Made by a program: the position numbers and the translations under genes. From assembly GCA_964187785.1 (NCBI GenBank), contig OZ076409.1, positions 10,232,001-10,296,000 of the forward strand: a stretch of 64,000 bases of DNA, read 5' to 3'. The notes beneath the pieces were generated by a model. The model saw only the letters and a program-made list of their open reading frames with translations. It was not told the DNA's origin and searched no databases. The DNA is from Amphiscolops sp. MND2022 (Eukaryota). Shown one piece after another: positions 1-11,907 of the stretch. Each line of letters opens with the position of its first letter. Position 1 is the first letter of the stretch.

Positions 1-1137
1 GGAATTAGCGTTGACCTTACGTCTTGCTTTAGGATTTTTATTAGGATATTTTAGGTGCCATAGTAAACCAAGTAGATTTGTTCCATTAAGGAAGTACTAA
101 ACAAAGCATAATGTCAACGCGATCTAGTGATTTACCATGATGATATAAATCCAGAACATAAAAATACCATTGCCATTTCTATCATCCTTCCTTACAGTAC
201 AGTTTTCCTTATATAAGAATCATGACTCTTACATCTTTTAAACGCATCGATATAAAAAACTTCATTTGGTTTTCGTTTGAACCAGTATTTCTCGTTTGCG
301 ATTTTACAATTCGCTCCGTAGATGCTACGTATTAAGATTACCTATAGTTGGACAGCGGAATACAATTTTACAATCCGCTCCGTGAGTGCTCCGTACGTAT
401 TAGGATTGCTTATAGCTGAGCAGCAGTAGCAAGCGGAGTGAAAACGAAGAGCGTAGGCGATTCTATTCTCTTTTCATAGCTAGTAAGCGTTGCTAGGGGC
501 AACCAAGCGTAATTCTACTGGTACGAGCTCAGATAATTCCGCCGGCAAGTGACGCTATTGGTCCGTAAAAATAGAAACGCATGTTACTAAACCTAGTTGA
601 GTGACGCTGTCATAACGTTGTAAACATTTACTTAAAATCACTTGACTGCGATTTTAAGTGGATATTTAACAACTACTTTAATATTCGAATACATTTCCAC
701 TCTGTTTTTGTGTGTTCTTTCATTTTAGATCTCATGGACGCCGTTGGGATCTCGGAGTTAAACGTTGTTTTTGTGTTTTCATTTTAGTGTGGAGCGCCAA
801 AATGATCCCGTTTGCAAAATTATTTAGTGCTTAGATTGGAATGGAAAACTCAGAAGATAAAACCGGAAATAAAACGGTGTTGCGTGTGAAAACATTAGAC
901 CGGAAATTTTAGCTAGTTTAAAGTCATTTCTGAAAATCTTCAGTAACGCTTACGTTGAATTCTGTATCTGAAAATTATTCGCACTTATTTAACTGTACTG
1001 TAAGTAGAATTTTTGGTTTGGGTTTGACTAGTTTAACAAAGTTTAAAGGTATTTACTCTGTCCTTGTCCATGTCCTCGGCCGAATCCCGGTATTCCAGAG
1101 CAGCAAGTAAAATTACGACCGGGAGCGGGTCGTGACA
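1..1137 (-). repeat. 3' LTR of element A (partial)
   Basis: Colinear with 14175-15311, about 30 substitutions by manual count (~97% identity); ends GTCGTGACA at 1137. Confidence 0.93.
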
Positions 1138-1917
1138 GGGCCCCTCTTGAAGCAAGAGACAAGGGTAGACCGTGGCAATGCGGGATTTCTTTTTTCATTA
1201 AAACTGAAGGGCGGCTGATGTATTTTCGTACTTGGTGGGGACCACGTCCTCTTCCCGCTTTCATGTATTCAATTTTCTTCTCCTCTTCTTCTAAGTCGAG
1301 TACCATTTTTTCCAGATATTGCATTTCTTCAGGAGAAATCTCGGGCGGCTTGCTTTTCTCGTTCAGGTCATTCAGGGGACTATCAGGACAACGGTTTTTT
1401 TTCGGTAGGGCAGCTACTCTCGGTGCGTAACTACCACGTCCCACAGCCGCAAAGTAATTGCGGTCTTCTATATCTAGGTTGTATGTAGCTTCCAGCTCCA
1501 TTATTGATGGCTCGTTTTTATTCCCCGGCTTGATTGTCTCCGGCGCTCTCTCATTTCCTAGCTGAGGGATGTTGAATTTCTCTTTTAGCGGCATTGTAGG
1601 TTTCAACGTGGAGGTCTGGCATATTGGTGAGTCTGGCTCCTCATAGTAGCTATCGGAGTCCGATATTGAACCTCTTGCGGGGGGCAGATCAAACGAAACT
1701 TTAGGAGCTTTTTCTTTTTGGGAGTAGGTTCCGTTTTCTTTACGTCGCAGTCTGTTTCAAAAGTTGAATCCAGTTCGGCGTCAGTGGATCGCCAAGCCTC
1801 TAGTGATGAGTCGCTTATATTCAATTTTCCGACCATGTTCACGGGCACTGTTTTAATTGGCGTGCTGGTCATTCCTTCATCCGATGAGATGTTAATGTCT
1901 AAGGAGTAGCCGTTCAT
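1043..1917 (-). CDS. Sense-strand 3' accessory ORF(s) of element A, unknown function; runs into the 3' LTR
   Basis: Overlapping ORFs 1603-1917 (ATG start) and 1043-1606, probably one frameshifted gene; basic KKKK patch; no recognisable domain. Confidence 0.45.
1138..1148 (-). promoter_or_regulatory. Candidate polypurine tract of element A
   Basis: Minus strand reads AAGAGGGGCCC immediately before the TGTCA start of the 3' LTR. Confidence 0.55.
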
Positions 1918-2439
1918 TTTCGTAATCGTGCCTAGAGAATTTCTTAAGATTACTTCTTGTTGATGAAAGATCGCGCGTTGAGAATATTCAGAATTTTAGG
2001 CTTGTCAAGCTGCAGATTTGGACGACAAACGAACGTTTTAAGTTCTTTACCTTCGCGAATTCCATTGAAATTCTATTTTTCGCTTTCGTTTCGGTGCGAC
2101 TTAAGTCAGGAAGGGAAAGTTTGTTAACTGCATTGTGATTGGTCGAAACTTGTAGGAAAAGTTTCTAGTTTTACGTTCCGTTTCTTTCTCGGTCGATGAC
2201 GTCTTCGGAACTTCTTGGTGATTTTGTTCACCTGTAGGTCATTTTGGAGACGTTTTGTTTCCACCAATGCCATAATAGGCTTTCACTGAAGTTGAAGATA
2301 AGATGATTTTCCTGGTTACGTAGGGATGACGTTGCTTATTTCTTTTAGGGTGTCTCTTTTTACTCGACGTGATTTCTATTTTGTTGATTTTTTTTCTCTT
2401 TTTAGATTTCGTTGACAGTCGCTATTGTCACTCTTGGTC

Positions 2440-5400
2440 ATGAGTGAAGACGCTGTTCCTCCCGGTGTCTCTGGCTTTCTCAGTGGGCATGAGACTAACT
2501 TCTGCTTCACTGAAGACGACGCTTATCCTTCGGAAACGGAAGTTGTAGTTACTTCTTCAGGTTGGTAAAATCTTTCTGACTTCCTGGGCAATAGGACTAA
2601 TGTTATTTTGGTGATCAGCCTTTTATAGTCTTACCCGTAACTCTGACGCCTCTGAACCAGATCTTGATTTCCAGTAACTCAACCTGGAACTTCCTCGGCT
2701 GTTGTTTCCGCTGCCACTGCGGGTGGGACCTCTGCTACCCCCGTGGGGTTATCTTTGCTGGGTTCTTCTTTGAAGTTGCCTCCAGTGACTTCAGTGCTGG
2801 TTCCTGAGCAGTCCATCAATGATGCTTTGACGACGTTGCTTCCTGCTAATCCTACTACTGAATCTTCAGTAGTTCCGGGCGTTGATGTTTCCTCTGCGGT
2901 TCCTCCTGATTTGTCCGAAGTAGTTCCGGGCAATTTTGATGTCAGTGTGGAGCCTCATGGAAGTGAGGCTGCTACCACCTCCACAGGAGAAGAAAATGCG
3001 GTAGAAGAGGAGAATACGCCAGGCTGTAAGTTGTGTATTTGCATGATTATTTCCTTTTGTTGTTTTTATTATATTTTTTCTTTTTGCCCACTTGTTGGGC
3101 TCTGTTTTCCAGTTTTCATCACGCTTGTGTTGTAGGTTCGAAGGTGTTTCCATTCCGGAAGACGAGCGTGAAGTTCATGGAATCTTCTCCGAAAATAAAA
3201 AGGACAGCACGGGTCCCAGAGCTTGATGTCACCTTTGAGCGGTTGGAGTGGGGCAGAAGACGTATCATTTTCGGCGACTCCTGTGTCACCCGAAATGATG
3301 CAGCTGGGTCGTCAGTTAGCTTCAACGGTAGAAGAGCGTACGGCTCGGCAGATACAGACAGGTGTGTTGTTTGTTTGTGATTGGCCTCCTGTTGATGGTG
3401 TGTAGTACGTTGCGGCGACGTTTGTTTTGGGTATTTCATTTGTTTGATTATTTTTGTGTGTATTATAGTCTTTAGCGAGCTTGTTGAGATAGTGGAGAGT
3501 CACTTTGAGCGCCCGAAGACAAAAAAGTATAGCAGTCGTATTGCATCGTCGGATGCTAGCCTTGAATCCGTTGTTTGCTGATTTCGTGACGGGTTCGGAG
3601 TGTGGAAGTGCAAAGCTCTTCTATTGTCGTATTTGTAGAAGAGAAGTAAAGATGGGCTCAAAAGGGGCAGCTGAGTTTGTTCGTCATTTTGAGTCGAAGA
3701 AGCATTGGGAGCAGGACGTCACGTATCGTGTGCACATGGGTCTCCCTGTGTACAACAAGCTAATGAAGCCCATGGAGCTGGGTGCCCGACAGAGGGACGA
3801 CTTTCTTTCGCGGCCCTTCGTGGATTTGGGCGGGGAGTTTCCTTTCCCTGAGGACATGTTGCCCAAACATTCAAAAGCGTCTTCGAAGGTGCCACTGATG
3901 ACTCTCGTTTCGAGCTTGAGTGATGTGTTACGCAGTGGCGGAGATTTCACGTTAGTCCGTCGCCTGTGGGGCTATTTCCTTGCGTCTCTGGGCGGTCGGG
4001 ATTCGGAATTCACGCTACAGTGGAGTCGTTCAGAGACAGTGGTTAGTACTTTTGTGTAGTTAGTTCATTTAGTGAGTGGTGTTCTGTTGTGTCGCATTTG
4101 CTCCTTTTATTGTAAGCTGCTAGGTAGCCATAAAGGTGTACTGTGGTGTGATTTCGTTCTCTGTTGTTGTTTGTTTTCTCTTCCTTCTTCTTTTTCATTT
4201 GAGTGTTTGTTTTAGTCCGTGTTGTGTCAAGGCCTTGTTCCCCGCGTGTTGCGCGTGATGTTCAAAAATATTGGGCAATTTCGGGAGTATGCTCTACAAT
4301 ACGAGAAGAGTACGGAGGTGGAGCGTTGTTTCGTTCTCTTCTGGGAGGACAATTATTTGAAAAAGGTATGTGTTGGTTGTGAGTCGCTGCTGCAGCGTGT
4401 GCCAACACCAGAGTTGCTGCCCTTGGCACGAGTCGTCTGTAGTCTACCGTCTGGGAAGTTGCCCTTGGCCATAGTTGGCGGAAGTCCGTCCTTAGTCCGT
4501 GTCTTGGGTGACACTCGAGCTGACAGTCGTGTCTTCGTGTCTTACCAGCCTTTCACTAGTGAGATGTTGATTCGTTGTATCCGGCAAGCCTACCAAGACG
4601 TGTTCAGTATGATGGAGGTGACTTCCCTGGTGGATTATACTGTGTTACGCTTGAATACTGCCATTTACGAGGACTGGATGGAGGAGAGAACCATACTGTG
4701 TAAAAGTCTTCGTCAGGGCCACGTGGAATTCGCTGATTTGCGGGAAGTACTGTCAGATCTGATCGAGTTATGGTCCTCAATACGTCCATTTGTTCGATGT
4801 ACTGGTAACCCTGAGGCTAAGGACAAGGCTGAACGGGTGAGTGAAAATTGTTTTTTTCTTCCGATGTGATTGCGGTGTTACGTATTGTCGTATCCTGTTG
4901 TGTATATTTTAGCTGCAGGGGATTGATTGGTTACTAACTGCCGATAAAATGATAACGTATCGATTCGGTCTGCTGAAAGTGATCCTTGATACTTGTGAGT
5001 GTTCTCTTTTTGAGTTGATGGATGGTTTCTTGATTGTTGTTGACTGTGTATTTGTTCGTATCATTGGTTGTTCCTTTCTTTCTTCCCTTTTTTTTGAGTA
5101 TTGGGGTAGGGTTGTTCTTCTGTTGTATACGAATCATGGTGTATGTTTTAGTCCACAACAATTGCCCCAAGTTGCGACAGGGTCAGGCAGATTATGCTTT
5201 CCGTGCTTATGGCGAGTTTTGTAATTTTGTGTATTGCCTGCTCTTGAAAACTCGCAGCACCAGTGGTCTTCCTGAAATTCATGCTTGGGAGTCCTACATG
5301 GATGTCGTGAAGGTCCGAGATTTCGCTGTTATTCCGTGCGATTCCTTTCTTTCCAGTCATGACTTGGGCGAGCAGTTATCCGCAGGCAAGACGAAAGAGT

Positions 5401-6453
5401 ATGTGGCTTTCCGGCTTCATTGTCGACAGTTTGTTGATCGTCTGATCATCATTTTACTGGAAAGCACATATGCACGTTCTGTTATTGCCAAGGGGATGTG
5501 CAGTTTCTGTCCTGAGTTGATGTAGGAAGGTGATGATGTGGCCGTTTTCAGTCTATTTGCGGATTTGTGCCGTATTCTTGTATCCTGTGGTTCGCTGGGT
5601 GTGGACGAAAGTAGTGCAGCTTTGGAGGAACATGCGAGTTTCATTGTGGAAAAACGTGGGTATCATTCCTCGTCAGGGCAGTCTGCTGGTGACATCGTGG
5701 ATGTGGTGCCGTACCTGCTCCGTGATGTTGGATTTTTGTCACGACCACAATTGCTCCGAGTATTCAAGCTGTGTTGTCTTGTCTCGGGGGTGTCTGCCTC
5801 GCGCTATCCTGCCATGTCTCTGGATTTATCTGGAATTGCATTGAGTGTTGCAGACTTTCAGAGCTGTGTGCAACTGGTGCAGTCTTATATATTTAGCGAA
5901 GGATATTCGCATCAGTCCTTCTTCAGTGATCAGACTCTTAAAGTTGTGAAAAAGGCCATCGCAGATGCTGGTAGATTTTTTGGAGCGTCTAACTTCAGTA
6001 TGTGGACAGAGTTTTGCGGGGAGGATGTGGATGCCTTTGTTGCAAAGTATAGTACGCTATTTACTACTTTCCTCGTGGTGCGCCGGAAGAACTTCGATGC
6101 TCGTTATGTGGAGTACAACAAAGCAAATCGGATGTCTCGGTTGTCTGAAAGTGGCGATACAGCTGGTTCGAGTGGTTCCCTGAGTTCTGTGATTCAGCGG
6201 AGGAGGCAAGATACAGGTCCTCCGAGTGTTGTTTCCGTGAAGTCTGGTGGCAGTGAGTCAAGTAATGGCGGAACAAAGTCGGGGTCTAAGTCTGCTACTG
6301 TTTCGTCTAAAGGGAAGCAGCAGAAAAACGTCAGTGGTAATTCGGGTGGTGAAGCTGGTTCATCTAAAGGAAGAAAAGAAAACTGTGCGGGATGCTGATG
6401 ATGATGGCTCTGGTACTCAGCCAAAGCCTAAGAAAGTGTCCAAAGACTGTTGA
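2440..6453 (+). pseudogene. Antisense spliced gene of element A encoding a zinc-finger, hAT-transposase-like protein
   Basis: ATG at 2440. GT-AG introns at 2561-2674, 3026-3135, 3362-3468, 4042-4215, 4837-4912 and 4995-5151; the first and last three join the ORFs exactly in frame. Probable 1-nt indels near 3200 and 3525 and an in-frame TAG at 5523. Contains the motif CRIC-x16-HFESKKH. Confidence 0.82.
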
Positions 6454-6864
6454 TGATTTGATTTCTTGTAGACTTTGATGTAGTTATATTTTTCTTTTAT
6501 TGTCCGCTGATCTCCGTTGTATTAGTCTTTGACTATATAGTTTTAGAGAATCCCGAGAAAAATTGACGTAGCCATTCCGGTTCGGTTTGGTTTGCTGAGT
6601 GTTTTGGCTAGTCTTGAGTTGGACGTGAGTCCTCCGTAGTAGCTGAGTCAAGCATTCGAAAATGAGGATTGACATTAGGATTCGGATTAGGTCGTAAGTT
6701 GTATCTTCCCACTTTTCTAGGATTATATCCAACGACGATACGCGGCAATTGGGGTGTTTTGGGAGGGCTTTGTATCGGCGGTGGGGTCAAAATATATGGG
6801 TTATCACTGACATTTAGATCAAATGAGGTAACGTTGTCGGAGGGTGTTCTATCTCCTTCAGTGT

Positions 6865-6995
6865 TTTCATTTGTGGGTGTTTGAACCATTTCATTTTCCA
6901 TTGTAGTTTCGCCAGTGGTTGTTTTAACCACGTCATTTTCCGTTGTAACTTCGCTTGTGGTTGTTTTAACCACTCCATTTTCCGTTGTGCTGTCG
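6865..6995 (-). repeat. 42-bp coding tandem repeat in the integrase C-terminal tail
   Basis: TTENGVVKTTTSEV / TTENDVVKTTTGET / TMENEMVQTPTNEN. Confidence 0.75.
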
Positions 6996-9900
6996 ACGTT
7001 TCCTGTTGTGTCTGCGATTTCTGTAACTGTAGCTTCTTCGGCAGCGTTTTCTGTGGTATTTCCGAACAGAACTTCTCCGAATTCGGTTTCCCAAGCTTGC
7101 GCGTACCAATCATTGTGGGTTGTTTTAACCTCTGGATCTGGAAGGTAATCTTCCCTTCTGACCGTTACATCAGGTACTCGCTGATTGGGCGCATATAGCC
7201 TTAGGCGAATTCTATGGAGGGTTTGAGTATACCTAGTTCCCGTGCGACAAACGACGTAGTTGTTGTTCGAGAGTACTTTGACTAGTATGTAGGGTCCAGT
7301 CCAAATGCAATCTTTAAAGGCGAATTTCATTGACTGATTGTCTGCCTTCGGATTAAGGACGTAGCAGTAGTCGTTGACTTTGAGCGGTGTAGCCGTTGCT
7401 TTCTTGTCATAGTACTGTTTGTATTTGAGGTAAGACTGCATTAGGTTCTCTTTGGCAGCTTGGTGTATTTCGGCTATTTGTTTCTGTAGTTGGTCTGTTA
7501 GTTCTTCGTTGCTATCTTTTTCCCAGTTAGGTTTCAATCCAAGTTTTATGTCCAAAATGTTGTACGGAATGCGTCCGTGAAACACTGTTGTAGGTTCACA
7601 ACCTAGGCTTTCATGGTAGCTTGTATTGTAATTCATGACTGCAATCTGGACGTATTTGTGCCACATAGAGCGTCGTTCTCCCGTTGATATCTTCAAAGGG
7701 GTTTTCAAAGAAGCATGAGTCCTTTCTAGGATGCCAATTGTTTGGGCGTGTTTCGTCGATGCGTGGCTTATCCGTATATCCAGTGTTTGTGCTATTTGGT
7801 TGACTACTTCTGACCTGAATTGTGATCCTTTATCCGTTAGAATGACGGTCGGTAGATAGCAGTGTCGTGTCATGACGTCTATTATGCATCGTGTGACTGT
7901 TTTTGCTGTCATATCTTGAGTCGGGTAAGCAAAAAGGTAACGCGAAAAAACATCCATCATTGTTATGATGTGTTGGTATCCATTTGAGAAAAGTAGGTTT
8001 GGTAGGATATCTACTTCTAGACAGTCTTCTGGTCCCATTGTGAATTCAGTGTTGCTTAGCATTTTGGGACGTATCTGTCTCGTGTCAATTCTTTTATTGG
8101 CAATGCAGTCCTGACAACTGGTTACCCAAGCTCTGATTTTGCGTGCAAGACACGGGAAGTAGTATTTCGTTCTGCATTCTTGTATCATTTTGGTGATTCC
8201 TGGGTGTTTATTTGTTTTTCCATGTAGAGTGGCCAAGAGTTCTGGGACTAGGTGTTTTGGAATTATAATTTGGTTATGGGTGACAGATCCGTCTTCTCCG
8301 TAGTATTTTCGCATCAGAACTCCATCTTTCATTATGATTCTTTCTTCGTGGCGTAATAGGTTTCGTCCTCGTGGTTCAGTTTTGAGAAGGTGTTTGTCAT
8401 ATTCTTCGTGTGAGATCCGTTGTTTCAGTGATTTGAGGAGAGGGTCTGCATCTTGCTCGTTTCTGATCCGTGCATTTTCCTTAATTGCACCGAAGGAGTA
8501 GACTGCGGAGTTGAGTGGTATCTTGATGACTTCGGTTACTTTTGTTGATAGTTCTCTCTCATGTTCGTCTAGGGCACGTCGCTTGCTGAGTGCTTTTCGG
8601 GCGAAAAATTCCTGTTCAGATTCATCTTCTTCGTCTGGTAGGAACAAAAGCTGTTCCTCGTCAGCTACATCTGATGATTGTAGGTTAACCTCGATTGGGG
8701 ACGTTAGGATGTCGTCTCGTAGTTTATATTGTACCTTTTCTTTCGGTGTAAGTTCAAGTCTTGAGAGAAAATATGCTGCCGTGTTTTGGGAGCCTGCTAC
8801 GTGCATAATTCGGAACTTGAATTGTAATACATATTCACAGGCATTCCAGAGTGCAGGGGGTGTCGTTTTTGTCTGGAAGAATCTAGTTACTGAGCGGTTG
8901 TCCGTTAAGACCAGCGTTGGAATTGTTGTTTCCCATAGTATGTGACTGTATTCGAGGAAAGCATGGTAGATTGCGAAGAATTCCTTGCAATAGATGGACA
9001 TTTCCAGTTGTGCAGGTGAAAAAACTCGTGATCCGAACGCTACTGGTGCGAAGGTTTTTCGTTTGGAGAGTATTTTGCGTTCGTCGTTCTCCTCAATCAT
9101 GAGGGCGTAGCCTGATGCACGAAAGCTTGCATCCGTCATTAGAACGTACTGTTTTCCTGCTATGGGCTGTCGGAGTGCGAGTCCACAAGCTTCCGCTAAA
9201 CTGGCGTTAATTTCTTTAAAGTTATCGACAAGTTCTTCTGAAATTCTGATCTTGGAGTCTCCTTTGAGAAGTTCGTACATGCCGAAGAGTTTTTCTGACA
9301 AGCGCGGTATGTAATTGCGGTAATAGTTAACAAAGCCAATGTATTTCTGAACTTGTTTTTTGGATTTGGAGAAGCGGACTTTGGAGAGGAAATTTTTGAC
9401 CTTTTGATCTTGCGGGGCTACTCCGTCGGGGGTGATGGTTCGGCCAAGAAATTCGATTTGGGTTTCTCCAAAGTGACATTTTTCGATGGTTAGTTTGAGT
9501 CCTGCCTTTCTAATGCACTTGAAGACTCTGCTCTGATGTTCTTTATAAGCTGTTCCGTTGTATTTGCGGCGATGCCAATGTCATCTACATATTGTGCACA
9601 TTGGTCTGCTTTGATGACTGAATCCAGATACTCACGCATAAAGCTCGAAAAAGCTGAAAGAGCTCTGCTTAGTCCTTGTGCCAGGCGACGGTAGGCGAAC
9701 GTCCTACTAGCAAAATTGAAAGCAAGTAATTCTACTGACCTTTGATCTGCCATTTGGAGGCAGTGGTACGCCTGGGAGCAGTCAAGCTTGCAGAATAGTT
9801 TTTTCCCTGCTAGGTGTTGTGCCGCGTCTGAGAGGGTGCTGACAGGGTGGTTGTTGTTGATGTAGTCATCTGCTATGAGTGCATTGATTTTGCGCAGATC

Positions 9901-11827
9901 CACCAGCAGTCTCAGCTTGCCGTTGTGTTTCCGCTGTGCAAATATAGGACTGGCGTACTTGGAGAAGGGGAGTGTCGTGATGATACCGTATCGGTGCATG
10001 AGGGCCAGTTCCACAGTTAGTTCTTCTTTGAGGTTGATGGGGACTGGTAGGCTTTGTGTTTAGACTGGTTTGTCGTCTTGTGGTGTTAGACTGACTTTGA
10101 ATTGTGTGTTCATCCCGATGTGTAGCCGGTGTCGGGCGAAGATGTCGTTGAAATCGACAATGGTGTCCTCAAGGTTTTCACGGTCTTTGTTCGCAATCAG
10201 TGAATCTGTCCATTTGAACATGGATAGAAATTTGTTTCGAGACTCTTCGTTTTCGGTTGGGTCAAGTTTTTCTAACTCGGCCAGGTCTCGCAGTTCTTTC
10301 AAGATTCGCTTTTGTATGGGCGAATGTTCCTGTTCGTTGCCTGGGTGTTCTGGGGTTGGAAACCAGAATTTCTCTTCATTATCGTCGGGCCGCTCTACTT
10401 GCATTGGTGCATTAATGTACGTAACCACATCGTCATGTTCGGTGAGAAGATTCAGGGCGGCTATGTCAACTGGACGGATCATCTTCGTTTCTTCGGGTTT
10501 CAGGATTTGCAGTTCGGCCATTTTGGTGTCAGTGGCTATTGTGTATGGGAAGTCTGAGTTATTGGCGATTTTGATTGGTATCTTTTTATCCCTGGCTGTG
10601 GTAATTGCTGGGGCCACTATTACCTTCGCGCATTCGTCAAATTGTGGTAAAGGTTGTATTGTGCCAGTTATTGAGTGTTCGGTACTCACAGGGATTGTTG
10701 CGTAGATGATTCGGGTAGAGTGTGCTGGAATTGTATGCTTGGCTTCGGTCTTTATTGTGATGGGCTTGGGATTGCACTTTTGTCTTTCATCTGTGAGCGC
10801 CGTCGTGATTTGGATTTTAGGAAAGTCGATGGTTCCTTGTGCCGTGTCGAGAAATGCGGCGTGTTTACGTAGGAACGCTAATCCGATTATGGGGAATGAC
10901 GTTTGATTCATGATGATGAATGTTTCTTCGAAGGTGTAGGCCCCTATTTTGAAACGTAGGGTGTACGTGGCGAGTGGTTGTTCTAATTCAGCATTGGCAT
11001 ACTGCACTTTGAAAGGGGGTGGGGGTGCCTTGTTGACGATGCACTGGCTAGCGTGCTGTCGGAGTTTTTCAGCGTCCCTTTCACTAATAGCGTTAAAGTA
11101 CGCACCTGAGTCGACTAGAGCGTCGATTTTGATTGTGTTGAATTCGACTGGTAGAAAAAGCATTCGTTTTTTCTTCTTGAGAGCGATGGAAGACATTAAC
11201 AGATTGTAGTCGTCATCTTTGTCGTGTTGGATGAATTCTTTGATGGCATCTAGATCTTCAGGCAGTTTTGAGGGACATTCCGTGATTTCTACGTCGTCGT
11301 CCATCAGTGCTGTGACTGGCGCAGTTTTTGGAGGGGTTACTGGAGGATCAGCATTTTCTCGTTTTCGTCTTTCTTGATGTGCCCATATTGTTTTATCTTC
11401 AATGCAGATTATATTTTCTTCATCTATCGGTGTGGACGTGATGGTGGCGGGTACTGTTGGGGATGGTGTTGTTCTTTTCAGGATCGGTGACGGCGGTGAT
11501 GGTAGGTTTGTGATCCCCGTAGATTGAGCTTGAGGGTTTGAGACTTGGATTTTGAAGGATAGTTTATTTGTATCATAGATAGTTGGTTGATCCCAAGGGT
11601 CACATCTGTAGTCTCTGTCATTTATATAAATTCGGTCTGTTTTTGATTCCGGCAACGGTCTTTTGAGTGTCGCATAGTTATCGGGTGACTCCGTTATCCA
11701 CTGGGGTAGTGGCGTTGGGTCGTCTGAGTGTCTGGCGTTATGCCTGACTATCATGCCTACGTTCCAACGGCGTTGCCAGTCTTGAGTTGGTTCTTCATTA
11801 CATTCGGTTAAAAAATCTTCCTCATAC

Positions 11828-11907
11828 CTGTTTGGGGGGTCCTCTATCGTGTACGCCCTCGCGTCTACTTTTTCCCCAAATCGTAGGCGCGGCGATTTCA
11901 GTTTTTT
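11828..11907 (-). promoter_or_regulatory. Programmed -1 frameshift signal (A AAA AAC plus stem/pseudoknot)
   Basis: Heptamer 11907-11901 directly precedes the gag TGA; the -1 frame is open into the 564-aa protease ORF; a GC-rich stem follows, and its loop TTTGGGG is complementary to downstream CCCCAAA. Confidence 0.8.

Larger units (their letters stand above)
6608..11907 (-). pseudogene. pol: pol of element A (protease, RT, RNase H, integrase), with two frameshifts
   Basis: LVDSGA protease; LVDLRKIN and YVDD in RT; MTDAS in RNase H; H-x5-H...CQDC zinc finger and D..TDKGSQF..E integrase core; breaks near 10060 and 9530. Confidence 0.93.

Noticed and set aside
5523..5525. Programmed stop-codon readthrough in the antisense gene
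   Set aside because: This copy has other disabling lesions, so a nonsense mutation is simpler; needs a consensus.
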